Positions 55,161 through 64,000 of a stretch of DNA of 64,000 bases are shown in pieces. Positions within the stretch are counted from its first letter, which is position 1. The number at the start of each line of letters is the position of its first letter. The notes beneath the pieces were generated by a model. That model searched no databases and had not been told where the DNA came from. It saw only the letters and a program-made list of their open reading frames with translations. The DNA is taken from the NCBI GenBank assembly GCA_964016885.1, contig OZ024740.1:78058001-78122000 (forward strand), in the 5' to 3' direction. Origin of the DNA: Eledone cirrhosa. Its lineage: Eukaryota. A program made the position numbers and the translations under genes.

Positions 55161-55762
55161 ACATATATATATATATATAATGTATATGTATATATATATA
55201 TTAGGTATAGGATTATCCAAGATGTAGTAATGGTTAATTACTACACTGGATATGGTTGACGTACGGTAAGAGGTTTCTTTACGAGTTATGAAAGAATTGT
55301 TCAAGAAACTTAGTTCCTGATCCTTCAGTATTCCGGAGTATATATAAAGAATGAATAATAACAGGGAGACATCATAAAAAGGTAATTTATTCCGTGTGCT
55401 TACAAGTGTTTCCACGGTGGTACTGCAGCCTAGTTCCGCTACGTGCAAATTCACAAGTACTTGCAGAACCCCACTTAAGGGTATTTACATTGTACATTTA
55501 CCATTCTGCTCTGAGGAAACAGTGGTCACAGCATTGGATATTCGAGTTCTGCAAGTACTTGTGAATTTGCACGTAGCGGAACTAGTATGATTTTAAAACC
55601 CGGTTCGTCTGTTTGTTTACATACAGACTAGCTGGACACTCACTGTAAAGTGTCTAGTGAAAACTCGGTACATGTACATATGTATACATGTGTGTATTTA
55701 TATGCATACTAGTACTTCCGTATACATATGTAGATGTACACTTTAACTTAATTGTTCATATA

Positions 55763-55812
<50 letters not shown>

Positions 55813-55820
55813 TATATATG

Positions 55821-55875
<55 letters not shown>

Positions 55876-55917
55876 GTAATATAGGTATATATATCTATAT
55901 ATATATGTATATATGTC

Positions 55918-55990
<73 letters not shown>

Positions 55991-56876
55991 GTATGTATAT
56001 ATGTATATAATATATGTATGTATATATGTATATATATATATGTATGTATATATGTATATATATATATGTATGTATGTATTATATGTATGTATGTATGTAT
56101 ATATATATATGTATGTATGTATGTATGTATATGTATATATGATGTATATGTATATATCTATGTATATGTATGTATATGTATATATATGTATGTATATGTA
56201 ATATATATATATGTATGTATGTATATGTATATATATATATGTATGTATATGTATATATATATGTATGTATATGTATGTATATATATATGTATGTATATAT
56301 ATATGTATGTATATGTATGTATATATATATGTATGTATATATGTATGTATATGTATGTATATGTATATATATATGTATGTATATGTATATATATATGTAT
56401 GTATATGTATATATATATGTATGTATATGTATGTATATATTAAATGTATGTATATATGTATGTATATGTATGTATATGTATATATATATGTATGTATATG
56501 TATATATATATGGTGTGTATATATATATATATGTATGTATATGTATATATATATATGTATGTATATATATATATGTATGTATAAATATATGTATGTATGT
56601 ATGTATATATATATGTATGTATATATATATGTATATAATGTATGTATGTATATATATATATGTATATATATGTATGTATGTATATATATATGTATGTATA
56701 TATATATGTATATATATGTATGTATGTATATATATATGTATGTATATATATATGTATGTATATATATATGTATATATATGTATGTATGTATATATATATG
56801 TATATATATGTATGTATGTATGTATATATTATGTATATATATGTATGGTATGTATATATGTTTATAAATATATATG

Positions 56877-56907
<31 letters not shown>

Positions 56908-56927
56908 ATATGTTATAAATATATATG

Positions 56928-56958
<31 letters not shown>

Positions 56959-57347
56959 ATATATATATATAATATATATATGTATATATATATACATACA
57001 TACATATATATATATATATGTATGTGTATGTATGTATATATATATATATATGTATATATGTATATATATATATTTATGTGTATGTATGTATATATATATG
57101 TATATATGTATATATATATGTATTTGTATGTATATATGTTATATATATATATATGTATGTGTATGTATATATATATATATGTATATATATATATGTATGT
57201 GTATGTATATATATATATGTATATATGTATGTGTATGTATATATATATATATATGTATGTATATATATATTATATGTGTATGTTATATATATATATATGT
57301 ATGTATGTATCTATATATATATGTATATATATATATGTATGTGTATG

Positions 57348-57394
<47 letters not shown>

Positions 57395-57617
57395 GTATGT
57401 GTATGTATAATATATATATGTATATATGTATATATATATGTGTATGTATATGTATGTATATGTATATATATATATATGTATATATGTATAATATATATAT
57501 ATGTATATATATGTATAATATATATATGTATATATGTATATATGTATGTATATGTATATATATATGTATGTATATGTATATATATATGTATGTATATGTA
57601 TATATATATATGTATGT

Positions 57618-57658
<41 letters not shown>

Positions 57659-58257
57659 TATATGTATGTATATATATATATATATGTATATGTATATGTA
57701 TATATATATATGTATCTATATGTATATATATATATGTATCTATATGTATATATATATATGTATGTATATGTATATATATATGTATGTATATGTGTATATA
57801 TATATGTATGTATATGTGTATATATATATGTATGTATATGTATATATGTATGTATATGTATATATATATATGTATGTATATGTATATATATATATGTATG
57901 TATATGTATATATATATATGTATGTATATGTATGTATGTATATGTATATATATATATGTATGTATATGTATATATATATATATGTATGTATATGTATATA
58001 TATATGTATGTATATGTATATATATATGTATGTATATGTATATATATATATGTATGTATATGTATATATATATGTATGTATATGTAAATATATATATGTA
58101 TGTATATATATATATGTATGTATATGTATATATATATATGTATGTATATATATATATGTATGTATATATATATATGTATGTATGTATATGTATATATAAT
58201 ATGTATGTATATGTATATATATATATATGTATGTGTATGTATATGTATATATGTATG

Positions 58258-58290
<33 letters not shown>

Positions 58291-58559
58291 GTATGTATAT
58301 ATATATGTATGTATGTATATATATATGTATGTATATATATATATATATGTATGTATATATATATATATGTATGTGTATGTATATGTATATATGTATGTAT
58401 ATGTATATATATATATATGTATGTGTATGTATATGTATGTATGTATATGTATATATATGTATGTATATGCTATATATATATATATATAATATATGTATGT
58501 ATATGTATGTATATATATATGTATGTATATATATATGTATGTATATGTATATATATGTA

Positions 58560-58988
58560 CATCCAAAATCACCGGGAGAGATGACCCCCCTTAGCCGTTT
58601 GTGAAGGCAGAATTTTAGGAGAAGGGAAACTCTGATATAACACCTGCAACCCTGATGGTATCCCAATGATGTTGACTTGTTCTTTTTGGTAAATATCAGT
58701 CTTGGTTAAGAGAGTCGGGACTGCTTTGTGCAGTGCCTTTGCTCACTATAAAAGCTTCACGGCCACAGGCATTGCTTTATATCTGGATATCTCTCTGCAC
58801 TTTTCGTCACATGGTACCATGGGCCCAGCACTATGTGTCAATAATTGTCACAAGTGTAGTGTTTGTACCAGAGTTTTTTAAGTCGCTGGCTGGACTAAAA
58901 ACTCACACTCGTACAGCCCATCGGTAGGGGTTCTCCTACATGGATATAAAGTAGTGGCCGTACTCGAAAACGAGTTGGCAGCCACCAT
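58560..58988 (+). mobile_element. RTE-derived unit, 5'-truncated
   Basis: High identity to 45558-46168 with several single-base indels. Confidence 0.85.
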
Positions 58989-59061
58989 ATGTATGTATAT
59001 ATCTATATATATACTATATACTATATATATATATGTATATATGTATGTATATATGTATGTA

Positions 59062-59928
59062 TACTCTTTTACTCTTTTACTCTTTTACCTGTTTCAGCAT
59101 CCGGCTGAGGCCATGCTGGGGCACCGCCCTTGTTGCTACACATTTTATCTCCAGCCTGTATAGGTTGGCCACTGGTGTAGGAGGGAGCTTGTTGCTGCTG
59201 CCCTTAGGTTTCCCTCGTGTCTTGCTGTGGGCTCATCCGGGATCCTGCATAACAAGGTGTCGAGATGTTTCTTAAAGACATCCACCTCCACGTCATGCAA
59301 GTCTCGCAGATGCCTCGGCAGCCTGTTGAAGAGTTGAGGGCCCTTGAATCCCAGGCTATTGCAATACCTGCTCCTTATTCTAGATGTGGAAGACGGGACC
59401 TTTGTCACCACACAGTGACGTCCTGTTCGACGGTTGGTCCAGCTCCCAATGCCAAAGTTTGGTGCTAGTCCCTCCAGGATTTTCCACATGTAGATCACTG
59501 CGTATCTCTCCCGTCTTCGCTCCAAGGAGTAGAGGTTCAGTTCCTTCAGCCTCTCCCAGTAGCTTGTCTCCCTCATCTTGGCAATCCTCTTGGTGTAGCT
59601 TCGCTGGATTGCCTCAAGCTCCATGGTTAGTTTGACACTATGGGGTGACCACAGCTGGGAGCAGTAGTCCAGGCGGCTTAGGACAAAAGTCCTCCACAGT
59701 GTCAACATGGTGTCTCGATCTCTTGTAAGGAAAGTCCTCAAGATCCAGCCAGCGAATCGTCTACATGCTGTCGCCACCTTCATGATGTGTGAAGAAAAAG
59801 ATGCATCATCGCTCATGTCTATGCCCAGGTCTCGTATCGATTTTGACACGGGGATATCGGTCCCTCCTGGTCCTGTGTAGCTGTGTTCCGCTATATTTGT
59901 GTTTGTGTTTGCAGGTTTGTATTGTTTG
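59062..59928 (-). mobile_element. CR1-group LINE, 5'-truncated 3' fragment
   Basis: Open ORF with RDLGI, SRLDYCSQLWSP, LEAIQR, SYWERLKELNLYSLERRR (CR1 post-RT motifs); 3'UTR ggcggtgccccagcatggcc...tgaaacagg and (TAAAAGAG)n tail. Confidence 0.88.
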
Positions 59929-60449
59929 CAAGGTTTCTTGGTGAGGAGGGTGGCTTTGGACATCCTGCAGGACTAAAAAAAAACAAAACCTGTCAAAGGG
60001 CAAGGGAGCTCTTAAGAGTCAATAGCCATCCAAAATCACCGGGAGAGATGACCCCTTAGCCTTTGTCAAGGCAGAATTCTGAGAAGGAAAACTCTGATAT
60101 AACACCTGCAACTCTGATGGTATCCAATGATGTTGACGTGTTCTTCTTTTTGGTAAATATCATCTTGGTTAAGAGAGTGGGACTGGCTTTGTGCAGTGCC
60201 TTTGCTCACTATAAAAGCTTCACGGCACAGGCATTGCTTTATATCTGGAGATCTCCCTGCATTTGTCGTCACATGATACCATGGGCCCAGCACTAAGTGT
60301 CAATAATTGTCACAAGTGTAGTGTTTGTACCAGAGTTTTCAAGTCGCTGGCTGGACTAAAAAGTCACACTCGTTCAGCGCATCGGTAGGGGTTCTCCTAC
60401 ATGGATATAAAGTAGTGGCCCATACTCGAAAACGAGTGGCAGCCACCAT
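59929..60449 (+). mobile_element. RTE-derived unit, 5'-truncated, abutting the CR1 5' end
   Basis: Shares diagnostic variants with the 48237 copy. Confidence 0.85.
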
Positions 60450-60453
60450 ATAC

Positions 60454-60485
<32 letters not shown>

Positions 60486-60538
60486 GTGTGTATATATGTG
60501 TATATATATATATATATATATGTGTATGTGTATATATG

Positions 60539-60583
<45 letters not shown>

Positions 60584-60776
60584 ATATATATATAATATAT
60601 ACATATATATATATATGTATATATATATATATGTGTGTATATATGTATATATATATATGTATATATATGTATGTATATATATGTATATATATATATGTAT
60701 ATATATATATGTATATATAGTATATGTATATATATATATATGTATATATATGTATGTATATATATATATGTATATG

Positions 60777-60853
<77 letters not shown>

Positions 60854-60854
60854 G

Positions 60855-60901
<47 letters not shown>

Positions 60902-60946
60902 GTATATATATATATGTATATATATATATATGTATATATATATATG

Positions 60947-60985
<39 letters not shown>

Positions 60986-61524
60986 GTATCTGTATCTATA
61001 TATATGTATGTATATATATGTGTGTATATATATGTATGTATGTATGTATATGTATGTATGTATATATATATATATACATACATATATATACATATATATA
61101 CATACATATATATATATATACATATGTATATCTATGTATGTATGTATGTATATATATGTATGTATGTATATGTATGTATATGTATGTATGTATGTATATG
61201 TATGTATATGTATGTATGTATATATATATATACATACATATATATACATATATATACATACATATATATATATACATACATATGTATATCTATGTATGTA
61301 TGTATATATATGTATGTATGTATATGTATGTATGTATATGTATGTATGTATGTATATGTATGTATGTATATATATATATATATATATATTTATATTCAAT
61401 GAAGAAATCTGGTTGATTTATAATCTGCCGACTTTTTCGTAACAGATGTGAAGCACTCCACGGATTTTATTCATCCGGAGTTTTATTATAATAAACAAGA
61501 TGGTTTTATTCGTACAACATTTAA

Positions 61525-61584
61525 TTCGTTATACGTATTTCAAAGACGTATAACAAACTGCCCTGTGTTTTATCTTCAGACAAA
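61525..61584 (-). ncRNA. Hammerhead motif, family H6
   Basis: tttgt-CTGAAGA-(imperfect stem II)-GAAA-tacgta-TA-acgaa; palindromic stem III ATACGTAT, AUA triplet, stem I 5 bp. Confidence 0.5.
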
Positions 61585-61723
61585 AATTCAAACGAGATGT
61601 AATGTTCCATTGATATGTTTCCCGTCATATGTGTTATTCATTTCGGCCAGTAAGCATATATGCTCTCCCTTGTTTATTATATATATATATATAGTTATGT
61701 AATAAACAACATAAGGCAGTTAT

Positions 61724-61781
61724 TCCATTTACCAGTGGTTTCTTAAAAGCAAAAAATGTTGCTTTCAATCATCAGAATGAA
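61724..61781 (-). ncRNA. Type I hammerhead ribozyme, family H1 (intact); mirror copy 61878-61935(+) has C3U
   Basis: ttcatt-CTGATGA-ttgaaagcaa-catttt-ttgcttttaa-GAAAC-cact-GGTA-aatgga; 10-bp stem II, 6-bp stem I; in fold-back 61691-61968. Confidence 0.85.
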
Positions 61782-62579
61782 AAAATCCTGGTCTGTTTAT
61801 TGAATTTGGATTTTAAAAAAACGAAAAACAGTTTTTTGTTTTTTAAAATCAAAATTCAATAAACAGACCAGGATTTTTTCATTTTGATGATTGAAAGCAA
61901 AACCTTTTGCTTTTAAGAAACCACTGGTAAATGGAATAATTGCCTTATGTTGTTTATTACATAACTATTAAGCTCTGTTACCTACATAGAGCACTCTTTT
62001 TTCTTGGACTTTTCCGACTGAATTACTTCACATATATATATATGAGAGAGATTTTATGTGTATGCACGTGTGAATGTGTTTGTGCGTGCAAGTTTTTTTC
62101 CACTTGATCTTTTCAGTACTTTTTTTCAAGTCTGATGCTATCTTTTTTATTGATCTCTCTTTTTCGAACTGCTAAGTTATGGGATATAAACTAAGACAGG
62201 GAAACATACGCACCCGCGCATATATATATATACATACACACACAGACACACACACACGTACACCTACACACACACATAGAGTGACACATATATACACACA
62301 TTCTAGATTTCACTTTAACATTATTTATTTCACGCTAAGTTCCGAATCGCAATTTTTTCACTTCCGACGAACAAATCTACTCTCATAAAGTTCACGTTTA
62401 TTTGACACTAAATCCCCTTAATTAAGGTCTTTTAATTAAAGCCCACATCCTTTCACATTGGCTTTAATCTTAATGCCTATTATAATTAACTTTAGTAGTT
62501 CCCTCCGTCACCAACACCATCGACACCATCAATATATATGCTCATTCAGGGTTATATTAAACATACATACAACGGTAGA

Positions 62580-62966
62580 TCTCTCTCTCTCTCTCTTTCC
62601 ACTCTCTCCACTCTCTCCCTCTCTCCACTCTGTCCCTCTCTCCTTCTCTCCCCCTCTCTCCTTCTCTCCCCCTCTCTCCACTCTCTCCCTCTCCCTCTCT
62701 CCACTCTCTCCCTCTCTCCACTCTCTCCCTCTCCACTCTCTCCCTCTCCACTCTCTCCTCTCTCATCTCTCCCCTCTCTCTCTCTCCCATCTCCCTCTCT
62801 CCCCCTCTCTCTCCCTCCCATCTCCCTCTCTCCCTCTCCCTCCCTCCTCTCTCCCTCCCCATCTCTCTCTCTTCCTCCCCATCTCTCTCTCTCCCTCCAT
62901 CTCTCTCTCCCCCCCTCTCTCTCTCCCTCCCTCTCTCCCCTCCCTCTCTCTCCTCTCCCTCTCCTC
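62580..62966. repeat. CT-rich polypyrimidine low-complexity tract
   Basis: About 390 bp almost entirely C/T. Confidence 0.95.
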
Positions 62967-63155
62967 GCTAGACAGATTTTACGGGCAAAACCAACAGCAG
63001 GGGATCTAGGGGTAGACCCTGAACAAGTTGGTTGGATAACATCCACGAGCTTCGCTGGTCTCGCTTGGGGAGACGGTGGCTTCTGACATGGCCCGCTGGA
63101 AGGAGTGTTTCAGGACTCTACTCACATGACCCCAACAGTAAGTAGATGAAGGAAA
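62966..63155 (+). pseudogene. RTE LINE C-terminal fragment
   Basis: ARQILRAKPTAG / SRGRP*TSWLDNI resembles the RTE motif R.RGRP...W.D.I. Confidence 0.55.
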
Positions 63156-63791
63156 GTATGATATATTCGATAATCTAGTTTGTGAGGTACAAAAAGAGAG
63201 GGTAGTCGTGACTGGAGTGTCTTTCATTAAGGTTGACCTTGAGCTAAACAACGTCAGGAGAAATAAAGTGAAAATATGAAGATAATATACAGTGGTGTCT
63301 GGGTTTATAAGTGTGTAAAGGTGTGTGTCTGTGTGCGGGTTTGTTGGCCTGTACGTTTGTGTAACCGAAGGTGTATTATTTCTTTTGTGTTTGAGTGTGT
63401 GTATATTTATGTCAGTATCTGTGTAAGAATGCCACTGTCAATATTTACATGTGTGTGTGTGTGCTGTCTGTATTAGTCGGTCTGCATGTGTGGTTGTCTT
63501 TGTGTGTATTTGCTCCGTACGTGGTTGTGTGAGTGTATGTGTGCGTTAGTTGCTGACCCTAAACAAGTTATTGCGTGGGTGTTTCTTCAAAGCTGGACCT
63601 TTGTTTTTGTACCCACGACCTTCTAATACACACTCATACGCACTAACAGGTAACTCACCCACAAACCTATATACATACATACACATATTTATATATACAC
63701 ATGCACTGCTCTTTCTACCTCCCTCTCTATGCACCCCCCCCCCACACACACACACACGTGTGTGTATATATACATGCAATTATGTATATTA

Positions 63792-63887
63792 ATAATTGTT
63801 TTTACTTTTGGCACAAGGCCACCAATTAACCCGTGTATTACTGGTACTTTATTTTATCGACCCCGTAAGGATGAAAGGCAAAGTTAA
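63792..63887 (-). mobile_element. SINE family A, 3' part
   Basis: ctggtactttattttatcgaccccgtaaggatgaaaggcaaagtt plus tail ttttggcacaaggcc. Confidence 0.75.
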
Positions 63888-64000
63888 TAATAAAGTCACT
63901 CCTTGTCCATACTACTGTGTATGTATATATATATATATATATATATATACATACAGAGCCCTTAAACACTCCCTCCAGCGAGTCCTGTGAGAAGCAACTG

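Overview
Eukaryotic, AT-rich, repeat-saturated non-coding DNA. The SINE families and the microsatellite load point to a cephalopod, probably an octopus (inference). No host protein-coding exon can be called with confidence, and nearly all long ORFs in the track are translations of (TA)n/(TATG)n microsatellites. Recognisable content: (1) a near full-length but frameshifted Tx1/L1-group LINE (5374-11350; ORF1, plus ORF2 with APE, RT and zinc finger) inserted in the (ATT)n tail of an older relative; (2) CR1 and RTE LINE fragments, many tRNA-derived SINEs, Tc1/mariner- and pogo-type MITEs and a non-autonomous Helitron; (3) six copies of a ~610-bp RTE-derived unit embedded in microsatellite, five of them in a ~26-kb (TA)n field that contains a 200-N gap. 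The most notable observation is at least six unrelated non-coding families, each carrying a type I hammerhead ribozyme motif (CUGANGA...GAAA-stem III-UH with a pairing stem I). They lie in (TA)n tracts as circularly permuted or tandem monomers of ~430-525 bp with fold-back inversions, which suggests a retrozyme- or Penelope-like self-cleaving RNA retroelement system. A tandem recursive-splice-like AG|GTAAG motif at 26431-26478 suggests the window lies in a long + strand intron. All folds and alignments were made by eye and need computational confirmation.
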